Source: an uncultured Candidatus Binatia bacterium (GTDB taxonomy: Bacteria > Desulfobacterota > Binatia > Bin18 > CBDCRK01). Taken from it: a stretch of DNA of 64,000 nt. The notes beneath the pieces are model-generated. The model saw only the letters and a list, made by a program, of their open reading frames with translations, did not search any database and was not told where the DNA came from. The stretch is taken from NCBI GenBank assembly GCA_965220955.1, contig CBDCRK010000011.1, positions 26,773 through 90,772 of the forward strand. The letters run 5' to 3'. The translations under genes and the position numbers were made by a program. Positions 15,182-24,927 of this stretch are shown here, piece after piece. Position 1 is the first letter of the stretch. Each line of letters opens with the position of its first letter.

Positions 15182-16513
15182 TTAGGTCTCCTGTTCAAGC
15201 TCAATGACCGAGCCGAGAGTGACAACTGAACGGGCGGTACCCAGCTCTGGAGCCGCTAAGGCAGCACCTGCGCCTACAAGGAGTACCCCGATAGAGGCCA
15301 CAAACGCCCAGTAGTAACTTCCCGTGTTATCGTAAATGGCACCGGCTATGACCGGTCCCAGAGCTCCCCCGATGCAGAGTATCACTGTGCCCAGCACGCC
15401 GGCAATGGTCCCAAAAGACCGTCGGCCAAAATCGTGGCTGACCGTCAAGGGCCAGAGCACAACCATCCCACCGAAGCCTAGGCCGAAGAGCGGAACGAAC
15501 AGCGCCAGGACCCAAAAGCCGAATACATTCAGACCCAGCACTAATCCGATGCCCACCGCCTGCATGAGCAGGCAGACCGCCAAAATATGGTGGGGATGAG
15601 GAAAATGTTCACTTGCCCAACCAGCCGCAAACCGCCCGCCCATGCTCATGCCCAAGGTCACCCCGGCAAGCGTCGAGGCCAACTCCAGGCTCAGCCCGGC
15701 ATCTTGCAGATATGCGACCTGATGCGTGTTCATGGCTGTAGCGGCCATCAGCCCCAGACAAAAGGCTACCCCCAACAGCCAGAAGGTCAGTGTGGACAGC
15801 GCCTCTCTGAGCGTCCAGTCTCTGGAGTCCTGCTCTTGCTCCTGGCCTGCCTCCACCGCATCTCCAGCAGGACTGGCCTGCCCGAGCGGCCTCAGCCCCT
15901 TTTCCTCCGGTGTCTCGACAAGAAAAAACCAAACCAGCGGGAGCATCACGCCCAGGGATAGTGCGGCTAACCCCTGGTAGGCGACCCGCCAGCTGTATTC
16001 AGCGATCAAAAAACCGGCCAGTGGGACCAGCACGAGCCCGCCGCCGCTCGTACCGACCAGGGCAATGCCCATTGCCAGACCTCTTTTGGCCACAAACCAT
16101 TGGGTAATGACCTTGCCCACGGGCATGGGTCCTATCCCCGCCAGACCTACACCCAAAAACAGGTACAAGGCATAAAAGGTGGTGAGGCTGTGCACCGCGC
16201 TGAGGAGTGCCAGCGCTACACCATCGATGAGCGCACTCAGCAGAAAGACCCATCTGGCGCCGACGTGATCGATGAGCCAACCCCACAAGGGCAATACCAG
16301 GCCAGCGACGAGCAGATACAGGGAGAAGGCACCGGCAGTCTCGGCCCGTGACCAGCCAAAGTCTTCTGTGAGCGGCTTGAGAAAGGTCGAGAAAGTATAG
16401 GTGAACCCACCGTCGATAATGGAGATGAAAAACAGGATGCCGACAATAACCCAGCCGTAGAAGAAGCGTTCGCTTCTGGCTGTTCTCCCGCTATCCGTAC
16501 TGTGTTCGTTCAT
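15182..16513 (-). CDS. MFS transporter
   Basis: 12-TM profile with MFS loop motifs. Start trimmed to MNEHSTD. Confidence 0.7.
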   Translation of the reverse strand: MNEHSTDSGRTARSERFFYGWVIVGILFFISIIDGGFTYTFSTFLKPLTEDFGWSRAETAGAFSLYLLVAGLVLPLWGWLIDHVGARWVFLLSALIDGVALALLSAVHSLTTFYALYLFLGVGLAGIGPMPVGKVITQWFVAKRGLAMGIALVGTSGGGLVLVPLAGFLIAEYSWRVAYQGLAALSLGVMLPLVWFFLVETPEEKGLRPLGQASPAGDAVEAGQEQEQDSRDWTLREALSTLTFWLLGVAFCLGLMAATAMNTHQVAYLQDAGLSLELASTLAGVTLGMSMGGRFAAGWASEHFPHPHHILAVCLLMQAVGIGLVLGLNVFGFWVLALFVPLFGLGFGGMVVLWPLTVSHDFGRRSFGTIAGVLGTVILCIGGALGPVIAGAIYDNTGSYYWAFVASIGVLLVGAGAALAAPELGTARSVVTLGSVIELEQET

Positions 16514-16933
16514 AATACACTTCAGACAACTTTCTCGGTGTCGTTTTGTACCGGCGGACAAGCCGCCAGTGGCACCTCTCTTCCTTCCGTTGCCCCACAG
16601 GTCCTCTGAGCCTGCAATAAGGACCCAGTTGCTCTCCTCAGCCGAGATTAGACAGAGGATGAGCTATGATGTCAATCTGAGGTGACAAGAAAGAATTCTG
16701 GCCTACCTAAGAAGGAGCGATGAGAGCGGGAATGGAAGCTTATCCCTGGCCGCACACTAGCGGCGGGAAAGTCTAATCCCAGCAACAACTGTCAAGGGAG
16801 AGAGGGACTTCTGCTGAAACCTATTTTCTTATACTCCGGGAAGGCGTAGGATGCCGTTACGCTGAGAAAAAGAAGAGACATGCCGTCTCCAGTTGACCCG
16901 GGGACGGCTCATTAACCTAAGGAGGGTCGCATT

Positions 16934-18040
16934 ATGGCGGAGTATCGTATCTTTTCAGCAGACTCCCATTTCGTGGAGCCACCCACAATGTGGGCGGAGC
17001 GGATGGATGTCAAGTTTCGGGACCGAGCCCCGCGCACCATCCGGGGGCATGAGGGCAAAGACGGCGAGTTTTTTACCTGTGAAAATATTAACCCGATTCC
17101 AGTCTCAGGGTTTTTTGGCTCGGGCAAGACCGCGGAGGAGTTGCCCGAGCACATCAAGCGGGGCTTTGACGCTGCGCCCAAGAGTGTGTGGGATCCGGCC
17201 GGGCGGCTCGAGGAGCAGGACACCGATGGGGTGAGTGGTGAGGTTCTGTACACCTCGATGGGCATGCCGCTGTTTGGCCTGGATGATGGTGAGCTGCAGA
17301 ACGCCTGTTTTCGAGCGTTTAACGACTGGGCGGCCGAGTACTGCAGCTATAACCCCAAGCGGCTGGTTGGCCTGGGAGTGATCTCGCTCGAAGATATTCC
17401 CTCAGCGGTCGCCGAGCTGGAACGCATCGCCAAGAAGGGCTTGCGTGGCGCGCTGATTTGGGGCAGTCCGCCCGACAACAAACCCTATAGCTCACCCGAC
17501 TATGATCCCTTTTGGGCCGCAGCCCAGGACCTGCAGATACCCTTAAGCCTCCATATCGGGACTGGCCGGAGTGGGGTACAGTTCGACGCGCGCCGGATTC
17601 TGCATCTGTATATGAAGGTACCCCAGGAGGTTCAGCTCAGCTTTGCCGATCTGATTGCCGGTGGCGTCCTGGAACGCTTCCCTCGCCTCAAACTTGTGTC
17701 GGCAGAAAACGATGTGTCCTGGATCCCCCATTTCCTGTATCGGCTGGACCATGCCTACGACCGGCTGCGGTACTTTCAAGGGCTGACCTTGTCGATGTTG
17801 CCCAGCGAATACATGAGGCGCAATGTGATGGCCACTTTCCAGTTTGAGGGCACCAACGTGGAGTTTACCCGGCAGATCTTTGGGCCAGAGAATATTGCCT
17901 GGTCGTCTGACTATCCCCACACCGACTCTACCTGGCCGAACTCCCGGGAATTCATTGCTGAGGCGCTCAAGGATGTTCCTGAAAACGGTGTGCAGAAGAT
18001 AGTTGGCGATAATGTCATCAACTTCTACGGCATCAAATAG
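16934..18040 (+). CDS. Amidohydrolase-2 family (ACMSD-like metal-dependent hydrolase/decarboxylase)
   Basis: N-terminal FSADSHFVEPP and TIM-barrel amidohydrolase_2 pattern. Confidence 0.75.
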   Translation: MAEYRIFSADSHFVEPPTMWAERMDVKFRDRAPRTIRGHEGKDGEFFTCENINPIPVSGFFGSGKTAEELPEHIKRGFDAAPKSVWDPAGRLEEQDTDGVSGEVLYTSMGMPLFGLDDGELQNACFRAFNDWAAEYCSYNPKRLVGLGVISLEDIPSAVAELERIAKKGLRGALIWGSPPDNKPYSSPDYDPFWAAAQDLQIPLSLHIGTGRSGVQFDARRILHLYMKVPQEVQLSFADLIAGGVLERFPRLKLVSAENDVSWIPHFLYRLDHAYDRLRYFQGLTLSMLPSEYMRRNVMATFQFEGTNVEFTRQIFGPENIAWSSDYPHTDSTWPNSREFIAEALKDVPENGVQKIVGDNVINFYGIK

Positions 18041-18055
18041 AGTCACCTCTTTTTG

Positions 18056-18155
18056 CTCCCTCTCCCGCTGGCGGGAGAGGGTCGGGGTGAGGGTGGAGCC
18101 CGATGTCAGAGCTCGATTCGGCTCCCCCACCCTAGCCCTCTCCCAGAGGGAGAAG
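18056..18155. repeat. Composite GC-rich REP-like palindrome: two inverted copies of the CCCTCTCCC..GGGAGAGGG-TCGGGGTGAGGGTGG unit
   Basis: GGGAGAGGGTCGGGGTGAGGGTGGAGCC pairs with GGCTCCCCCACCCTAGCCCTCTCCC. It generates spurious ORFs encoding PLSRWRERVGVRV / SPLPEGEGI peptides. Confidence 0.45.
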
Positions 18156-18500
18156 GAATTAGAGCCTTCCGAACGCCTCAAGTTGTAACCATGCCAGACA
18201 CCCCAATGGCTGGGGGTTCATCCCGAGCGAGCCATAGACTTGGGAGAAGAAGTCCCAGCCTTGCAAGAACACATCGTTGCGGGTGTCAAGCCGCATGTGT
18301 AGCCCAGCGTGCTTGAGCAGCTTGCCTCCTTTTTTCACAAATTCCTCTCTTCTGCCGCCTTGCTTAACGCTGGTGATGGAGGACAACGGGGGAGAATCTG
18401 GGTGCAGCAATCGCTTGACAACGGCTGTTAATAGCTGACAGTAATGTTTTCGTAGAGGCGTGTACCTTTAATAAACCAACGGAAGGCATGGGGGAAACAA

Positions 18501-19559
18501 TTGCTTGTTCGAGAAGACTGGGCCCCTGATTTTGTCTTGCCGCGGCAGGGTGGAACGCCAATGCGCTTCTATGGGTGGGCAGGTGGAAGGCCCACGGTTC
18601 TTTTCTTCTATGCAAGGCACGGGAGCACGGAGTCGTTGGACACTCTTGTCTGGTTCGGGGAAGCACTAAGGAAATGCGTAGCGGAGGCGATATTGATCTT
18701 CGCGGTAAACCAGGACGCGCCTTCCGTAAACGAACAGAATGCTGTCAAGCGCGGGATTTCCTTTCCGATTCTTTCAGACGCAGAAGGTTCGGTTCATTCG
18801 TCTTATGGGGTGGATGCTAGCGGGACGATGACAATTTTTGTCCTTGGCCCCAACCTTCGGGTGATTGATGTGCATCAATTATCAGATCGAGAGTCTTCGA
18901 TGCAGAGGATCCTTGCAACCCTGGAGGCGATCCCGCAGTTCGAGCCCGTAGAGGTTGTGATGCAGGCACCGGTGCTCCTGGTTCCGGCAGTGCTCGAAAG
19001 GGATTTCTGCGAGCGTTTGATCGAAGTTTGGAGAACCCAAGGAAACGTTGAGACGGGGGTGGAGCACTCCCGCAAAGGGCACCGTGAGGATACTCTCATG
19101 CCTGGCGCCAAGCGACGGCGAGATCATATTGTGACGGATGAAGAGCTTCTGCGCACGCTCACCTTTCGAGTTGGCCGTCGACTTATGCCGGCGATACACA
19201 AGGCGTTCTCGTTTAGAGCTACGCGATTTGAAGGATTCAAGATTGCTTGCTACGACGCTGCAACGGGGGGATTCTTTCGTGCGCATCGCGACAACCTGAG
19301 TCCTTCGACGGCGCATCGCCGCTTTGCTCTCACTTTGAATCTCAATGAAGGATATGAAGGCGGACATCTGCGGTTTCCAGAATACGGACCCCATCTCTAC
19401 CGCCCCGGCACCGGGGGCGCCCTTGTGTTCTCCGGATCGCTCTTACATGAAGCCCTTGAGGTAACGAGGGGGCAGCGCTTTGTCCTTCTCTCGTTCCTGT
19501 TTAGCCAGGAGGACGTCCGCACCTCGAGGAAAGATAGGGGTAAGGGGTCGGGCTTTTAA
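18501..19559 (+). CDS. Fusion protein: N-terminal thioredoxin-fold (AhpC/redoxin-like, no peroxidatic Cys) plus C-terminal 2OG-Fe(II) oxygenase (prolyl-4-hydroxylase-like) domain. TTG start
   Basis: APDFVLP...VLFFYARHGSTES (Cys replaced). C-terminal HRD...H facial triad (FRAHRDNLS ... HEALEV) and RxS motif. Confidence 0.6.
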   Translation: MLVREDWAPDFVLPRQGGTPMRFYGWAGGRPTVLFFYARHGSTESLDTLVWFGEALRKCVAEAILIFAVNQDAPSVNEQNAVKRGISFPILSDAEGSVHSSYGVDASGTMTIFVLGPNLRVIDVHQLSDRESSMQRILATLEAIPQFEPVEVVMQAPVLLVPAVLERDFCERLIEVWRTQGNVETGVEHSRKGHREDTLMPGAKRRRDHIVTDEELLRTLTFRVGRRLMPAIHKAFSFRATRFEGFKIACYDAATGGFFRAHRDNLSPSTAHRRFALTLNLNEGYEGGHLRFPEYGPHLYRPGTGGALVFSGSLLHEALEVTRGQRFVLLSFLFSQEDVRTSRKDRGKGSGF

Positions 19560-19675
19560 ATATTGGCAATCCGACTTTCTTGGGATATTCTCCTTCCATG
19601 GCTTGCCCTCCCCGTCTGTTTGCACCTAGGGCCCTCTAGCAGGTCATTGTCCGAGGCAATCAGCGCCAGAAAATC

Positions 19676-21604
19676 TTACTCTCGCGGCTGTGACCCCAGA
19701 TAGAAGAAGACTAGCGTGATCAGCACGGCAACAACGGTGAAGAAGGTGAGGAGATCATCGGGGAGGCCAAGCTTGAGCCGGGCAATGCCTATGCTGGCAA
19801 GCAGGGCAATGCCCACTCCCGTTAGCGCCTCGCCGGCAATGGCACCCGAGGCCAGGAGGACTCCGCGATGCAGGCGTGGTTCCCTTGCTTCCCGGCGGTT
19901 TCCTGTAGCTAAGATATAACCCAGGACCCCGCCCACTAAGATGGGCACGGACAGGCCAAAGGGCAGATACATGCCCACGGCAATTGGCATCAAGTAGGCA
20001 CGAAAAGAAATTTCTTGTGCCTCCAGAATCTTGTCTACAATCACCAGTACAACCCCAATGCCTGCACCTATGGCAACCATATCCCATGGTAGCTGGCCCT
20101 TACCAAAGAATCCTTGGGCCAGGCTGGCAAAGAGCTGTGCCTGGGGAGCCGCAAGCTCTTTGCCGCCAATACCTCCGGGAGTATTGTTGTGTAACAGCTG
20201 CAGTACTGGTGCCATTATCAAGGACGCCACGGCCACACCAGCAATCTGCATGATTTGCTGCCGCCGCGGTGAGGCGCCTACCAGCTGACCCGTTTTGAGA
20301 TCGTTACAAATGTCCCCAGAAGTACAGGCGGTGCAGCAGACAATGGCCGCAACTCCCAGTGCTGAGAGCATGCCCGCCTTACCGGTGAAGCCAAAAATCA
20401 GCAGTAGGGCACCAGTAAACAGCATAGCCGTGATAGTCATGCCCGAGACTGGGCTATTGGAGTTTCCTACCAATCCGACAATATAACTGGCCACCGCGGT
20501 GAAAAAGAATGCCATCACCAGCATGATTGCTGTGGCTGCTAGCGTCACCCCCAAATGTCCGGTGAGGATATAGTAGATGGCACCAACCAGTAGGGTGCAG
20601 AGTAAGGCAAGTAGAACAATCCAGGCGAAGGGAATGTCGGGGTCATCGACGGGCGCCGGTTGTGCCGGTTGTGCCGGTTGTGCCGGTTGTGCCGGTTGTG
20701 CCGGTTGTGATTGTTGGGAGCGGCTTGCACTTGTAAACAATTCTTGCAGCGCCTGGACAAGTCCGTGCCGGACCTGGATAATGGCTGCAATCCCACCTAC
20801 AACCATTGCGCCCACACCCATGTAACGCACCTGTTGGGACCAGATCTGGTAGGCACTCTCAACCGGATTGCTAAGTAATTCAGGATCGGCGCCCACAAGG
20901 GGAAGGGCGATCAGCCAGCTAAGCGCTCCGCCAATAAAAACCAGCAGGGCCACGTTGAGCCGGACAATAAGCCCCACGCCCAGCAGAGCCACCGAAATCT
21001 CTCCCCCAAAGTAGAAGATGCGGTGTCCGAGTACAATCGCGCCCTCCAGTACTCCTTGCAAGACACCCAAGAAGCTAACAAGAAATTTGCAGGCCAGACC
21101 AAACATAGCTCCCCGGACTACCAAGGAGGCCTCTTGGGGACCGGTCTGAGATTTTTCTCCCGCCTCTAACACCGCCGCGCAGGCTACGCCCTCGGGAAAC
21201 TTCAATTCTGGATTTGGGGCCACCACAAAGACACGCCGCATGGGGATCATTAACAGGACTCCCAACAGGCCCCCGGTGAAGGCCACCAGTGTTGTTAGCA
21301 GCATATCAAACTGCTGCCAGGCCCCGACTAGGACCAGGGCAGGCACGGTAAAAATGATCCCGGCTGCCAGTGATTCTCCCGCCGAGGCTGTCGTTTGCAC
21401 CTGGTTAGCCTCCAGGATAGTGCCGCTATTAAAGACCCCCCGCAGAATTAGCATGGCCAGGACCGCTGCCGGAATCGAGGCGGATACCGTCATCCCCACT
21501 TTTAGGCCCAGGTAGACATTGGCAGCCCCCATGACTACTGATAGCATTAGCCCCAGCAGCACTGCCCGTACTGTTAGCTCTCGCGTTATCTTTTGCTCTT
21601 CCAT
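19676..21604 (-). CDS. OPT-family oligopeptide transporter. Start at MEEQKIT; the longer track ORF is an upstream read-through
   Basis: Multi-TM OPT-family pattern. An internal (PAQ)6 insert is encoded by a 9-bp tandem repeat. Confidence 0.75.
   Translation of the reverse strand: MEEQKITRELTVRAVLLGLMLSVVMGAANVYLGLKVGMTVSASIPAAVLAMLILRGVFNSGTILEANQVQTTASAGESLAAGIIFTVPALVLVGAWQQFDMLLTTLVAFTGGLLGVLLMIPMRRVFVVAPNPELKFPEGVACAAVLEAGEKSQTGPQEASLVVRGAMFGLACKFLVSFLGVLQGVLEGAIVLGHRIFYFGGEISVALLGVGLIVRLNVALLVFIGGALSWLIALPLVGADPELLSNPVESAYQIWSQQVRYMGVGAMVVGGIAAIIQVRHGLVQALQELFTSASRSQQSQPAQPAQPAQPAQPAQPAPVDDPDIPFAWIVLLALLCTLLVGAIYYILTGHLGVTLAATAIMLVMAFFFTAVASYIVGLVGNSNSPVSGMTITAMLFTGALLLIFGFTGKAGMLSALGVAAIVCCTACTSGDICNDLKTGQLVGASPRRQQIMQIAGVAVASLIMAPVLQLLHNNTPGGIGGKELAAPQAQLFASLAQGFFGKGQLPWDMVAIGAGIGVVLVIVDKILEAQEISFRAYLMPIAVGMYLPFGLSVPILVGGVLGYILATGNRREAREPRLHRGVLLASGAIAGEALTGVGIALLASIGIARLKLGLPDDLLTFFTVVAVLITLVFFYLGSQPRE
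20655..20708. repeat. 9-bp tandem repeat (GCCGGTTGT x6) inside the OPT gene, encoding a PAQPAQ... loop
   Basis: Seen directly. Confidence 0.8.
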
Positions 21605-21635
21605 AGTGGTCTGCCATTGAGAGTTTTTACGAAAA

Positions 21636-21717
21636 CCTTTTTTCTCCCCCTTACCCTTACCCTTATAATCTGTCCCCTCCCCCGCAAGAGGGCGGGAGAA
21701 GGCTGGGGTGAAGGTTC
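21636..21717. repeat. Degenerate member of the GC-rich REP-like family (CCCCTCCCCCGCAAGAGGGCGGGAGAAGGCTGGGGTGAAGGT) in the OPT/hsdR divergent region
   Basis: Motif similarity to 3753-3796 and 18056-18155. Confidence 0.3.
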
Positions 21718-21950
21718 CAAAGCGCCTGACATTTATACACAACTCATGCTGGAGAGCTAGGGCTGCAGGGCGCATTGTATATTGAGCATCTGGCCGAATT
21801 GCAAGAAGCCCAAAACCAACACCAGGGGACGGATCAGGTGTTACGCACCCTGGTCGAGGGGACTGGGGGTTTTTGTTCCCAGCCGTTTCCTGGTAGATTG
21901 AGCAAGCGCATATTCTTTCTCTCACATCCGCCGCAAGGCGCTGAACCCAC

Positions 21951-24467
21951 ATGAACGAAGCCACCGCCCGTATCAAGATCAACAAACTGCTCGAAGCGGC
22001 CGGATGGCGTTTCTTTGCCGAAGGAGACAAACCCGCCAACATCTGCCTTGAACCAAGCGTCACCATCAAGGCGTCCGATCTCGACGCATTTGGTGACGAC
22101 TTCGATAAAACCGCCACGGGCTTCATCGACTTTCTCCTTCTCGACGCCAAGGGATTGCCGCTCATCGTTCTGGAGGCCAAGTCGGAGGACAAGAGTCCTC
22201 TGGTCGGCAAAGAGCAGGCCCGCAAGTACGCCCGCTCGCTGAACTGCCGTTTTGTCATTCTCTCGAACGGTAATCTGCACTACTTCTGGGATCTGGAACG
22301 CGGCAATCCCTACATCATCACCTCGTTCCCGACGCCCGACTCGGTGGACGGCTACCAAAAGATCACGCCCAACCCGCAGCGCCTGATCCATGAGCAGGTC
22401 GATGATGACTATATTATTCTCACCCAGCGGCCCGGCTATGCGTCCGAGGCGGCGTGGAAGAACGAAGACGAACGCCCCGGCTTCATCCAAGCCAACAGGT
22501 TACGCTTTCTGCGTCCCTATCAACTCAAGGCCATTCATGCCCTGCAACGCGCGGTACAGGACGGCAGCGACCGCTTTCTCTTCGAAATGGCGACCGGCAC
22601 GGGTAAGACACTCACCGCAGCCGCCGTCATCAAGCTGTTCCTGCGCTCGGGTAATTCCAGCCGTGTGCTCTTCCTGGTTGACCGGCTGGAATTGGAAGAT
22701 CAGGCCCACAAGGTTTTCAACACCCTGCTTTCGGCCGACTTCCAGACGGTCATCTATAAGGAGAGCCGCGACGACTGGCGACACGCCGAGATCGTTGTCA
22801 GTACCGTCCAATCTCTGCTGTTCAACAACAAGTACCAGCGGCTTTTCTCGCCTACGGATTTCGACTTGGTAATCTCCGACGAGGCGCACCGTTCGATTGG
22901 CGGCAACGCCCGCGCGGTGTTCGACTATTTCGTTGGCTACAAGCTTGGCCTGACCGCAACGCCCCGCGATTACTTAAGGGGCTTCGACCATACCAACCGC
23001 ACAACGGGGGACCTGCGCGAGGCCGAGCGGCGGCTGCTGCTGGACACCTACCGCACCTTCGGCTGCGAGAGCGGACAGCCGACCTTTCGCTACTCACTGC
23101 TCGACGGCGTAAAGGACGGCTTTCTGATCAACCCAACCGTGGTGGACGCGCGTACGGAAGTAACCACCGAACTCCTGTCCGAAGAGGGCTTTGTTGTGTT
23201 GTTCACAGACGACAGCGGCGAGGATAAGCAGGAAGCGTACAAGCAGCAGGAGTTCGAGAAACGCTTCTTTTCCGAAGCCACCAACCAACTGTTCTGCAAG
23301 ACCTTTCTTGAGAATGTGCTACGCGACCCGATCAGCGGCGAGGTCGGCAAGTCCATCATCTTTGCCGTCAGCCAGAACCACGCGGCCAAGCTGGCCCAGA
23401 CCCTCAATCAGATGGCCGACCGTATGTTTCCCGGCAAATACCAATCCGACTTCGCCGTACAGGTCACCTCGCAGATACCCGATGCCCAGCAGTTCACCAT
23501 TAACTTTGCCAATAACAACCTGCTCGGCTCGGGCAACTTCCTGCCCGACTACAAGACCAGCAAGGCTCGCATCTGCGTGACGGTCGGCATGATGACGACC
23601 GGCTACGACTGCACCGATATCCTGAATCTCGGCATGCTCCGGCCCATCTTCTCACCCACCGATTTCGTCCAGATCAAAGGACGCGGTACCCGCAGGCACA
23701 ACTTCCTCGACCAACTTTTCGACAACAACCTCAAGGAGGCCGTTGCCAAGCCGTGGAAAACCGCCTTCAAACTCTTCGATTTCTTTGGCAACTGTGAGTA
23801 CTTCGAGACCGAGTTCAACTACGACGAGGTCCTGAAGCTGCCCCGGCCTCGGGGTAAGGGTAGCGGCAACGGCCCTCAACTCTATGGAACCTACGAGCAT
23901 TTGGGGCGCGACATCCTTTCGATGGTCAAGGAAGAGACCATCGGCTACAAAGGAATGAAGATCGACCGAATGTTCTTTGAGAAGTTCGAGGATGCCGTAC
24001 GGAAAGACCAAATTATTGCCGAAGCCGTTATGGCTGGGCAGTGGGATCGGGTCATCGACTATGTCAACCGCGAAGTTTTCGACAAACCCGAGGAGTACTA
24101 TACCCTCGCCAAGCTGCGCCAAGCCGCCGCCGTGGACCGCCGCCTGACCCTGCGCGAGATTCTGGAGAAGGTCTTCGACCTCATTCCCCGCTTCAAGTCT
24201 AAGGACGAGTTACTGGAAGAAGAATTCGCCAAGTTTGTTGCCGACCACAAGCCCGAAGAGTTCGAGTCCATCCCAGCCCTCAAGACCTATTTCAAGGCTT
24301 ACGCCACCGACGGCTACACCCGCAACATCATCGATAAGCGGCAGTTCACCGACCTCGCAACGAATCCGGTCTTTTCCACCCGCGACTTCCGGGCTGTGCC
24401 AAAGAAATACCGCGCGCTTATTCCCGAGTATGTGAAAGACTATGTACCCCTCAACCAATTCGTCTGA
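21951..24467 (+). CDS. hsdR: Type I restriction enzyme R subunit (HsdR): N-terminal PD-(D/E)xK HSDR_N domain plus SF2 helicase
   Basis: HSDR_N (FIDFLLLD...LEAKSE), helicase motif I EMATGTGKT, DEAH box VISDEAHRS, motif VI QIKGRGTRR. Confidence 0.85.
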   Translation: MNEATARIKINKLLEAAGWRFFAEGDKPANICLEPSVTIKASDLDAFGDDFDKTATGFIDFLLLDAKGLPLIVLEAKSEDKSPLVGKEQARKYARSLNCRFVILSNGNLHYFWDLERGNPYIITSFPTPDSVDGYQKITPNPQRLIHEQVDDDYIILTQRPGYASEAAWKNEDERPGFIQANRLRFLRPYQLKAIHALQRAVQDGSDRFLFEMATGTGKTLTAAAVIKLFLRSGNSSRVLFLVDRLELEDQAHKVFNTLLSADFQTVIYKESRDDWRHAEIVVSTVQSLLFNNKYQRLFSPTDFDLVISDEAHRSIGGNARAVFDYFVGYKLGLTATPRDYLRGFDHTNRTTGDLREAERRLLLDTYRTFGCESGQPTFRYSLLDGVKDGFLINPTVVDARTEVTTELLSEEGFVVLFTDDSGEDKQEAYKQQEFEKRFFSEATNQLFCKTFLENVLRDPISGEVGKSIIFAVSQNHAAKLAQTLNQMADRMFPGKYQSDFAVQVTSQIPDAQQFTINFANNNLLGSGNFLPDYKTSKARICVTVGMMTTGYDCTDILNLGMLRPIFSPTDFVQIKGRGTRRHNFLDQLFDNNLKEAVAKPWKTAFKLFDFFGNCEYFETEFNYDEVLKLPRPRGKGSGNGPQLYGTYEHLGRDILSMVKEETIGYKGMKIDRMFFEKFEDAVRKDQIIAEAVMAGQWDRVIDYVNREVFDKPEEYYTLAKLRQAAAVDRRLTLREILEKVFDLIPRFKSKDELLEEEFAKFVADHKPEEFESIPALKTYFKAYATDGYTRNIIDKRQFTDLATNPVFSTRDFRAVPKKYRALIPEYVKDYVPLNQFV

Positions 24468-24498
24468 ACTGTGATTTGGGTGATTTAGTGATTAAGAG

Positions 24499-24927
24499 AT
24501 GATGAGGAAGGAGCAGAAGTATTCGGAATTGACCGGAAAGATCATCGGATGTGCCATGACGGTGCATTCTGCTCTGGGCAATGGTTTTCAGGAGGTGATG
24601 TATCAAAGAGCATTGGCAATCGAAATGGCGGATCAAGGTATTGCCTTCAGCCGTGAACATGAAATGCCCATTTATTACAAAGAGCAACAAGTAGGTACGA
24701 GACGGGTGGATTTTCTGGTAGACAATGTTGTCTGTGTGGAACTGAAGGCTGTTATCCACCTGGAAGACGTCCATCTGGCACAGGCCATCAATTATTTGGA
24801 GGCATACGATCTGGAGGTCGGGTTGCTCATCAATTTTGGCGCCAGAAGTCTTGAATTCAAAAGAGTGACCAACAAGAAGTTCAAGCAAAAGAATCAAGGC
24901 AATCCAAAAATCACAGTATATGCTTGA
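24499..24927 (+). CDS. GxxExxY protein (PD-(D/E)xK-like; commonly embedded in type I R-M loci)
   Basis: LGNGFQEVMYQRAL ... VDFLV ... VELKA signature of the GxxExxY family. Confidence 0.8.
   Translation: MMRKEQKYSELTGKIIGCAMTVHSALGNGFQEVMYQRALAIEMADQGIAFSREHEMPIYYKEQQVGTRRVDFLVDNVVCVELKAVIHLEDVHLAQAINYLEAYDLEVGLLINFGARSLEFKRVTNKKFKQKNQGNPKITVYA

Noticed and set aside
18159-18410. 83-aa minus-strand ORF in the 460-bp gap after the amidohydrolase gene
   Set aside because: No recognisable motifs and adjacent to the REP-like palindrome. Could be a gene remnant but is unsupported.
21605-22258. N-terminal 218-aa extension of the OPT transporter ORF
   Set aside because: Runs through the divergent promoter and REP-like region and overlaps the hsdR start. 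The conserved OPT sequence begins at MEEQKIT (21604).
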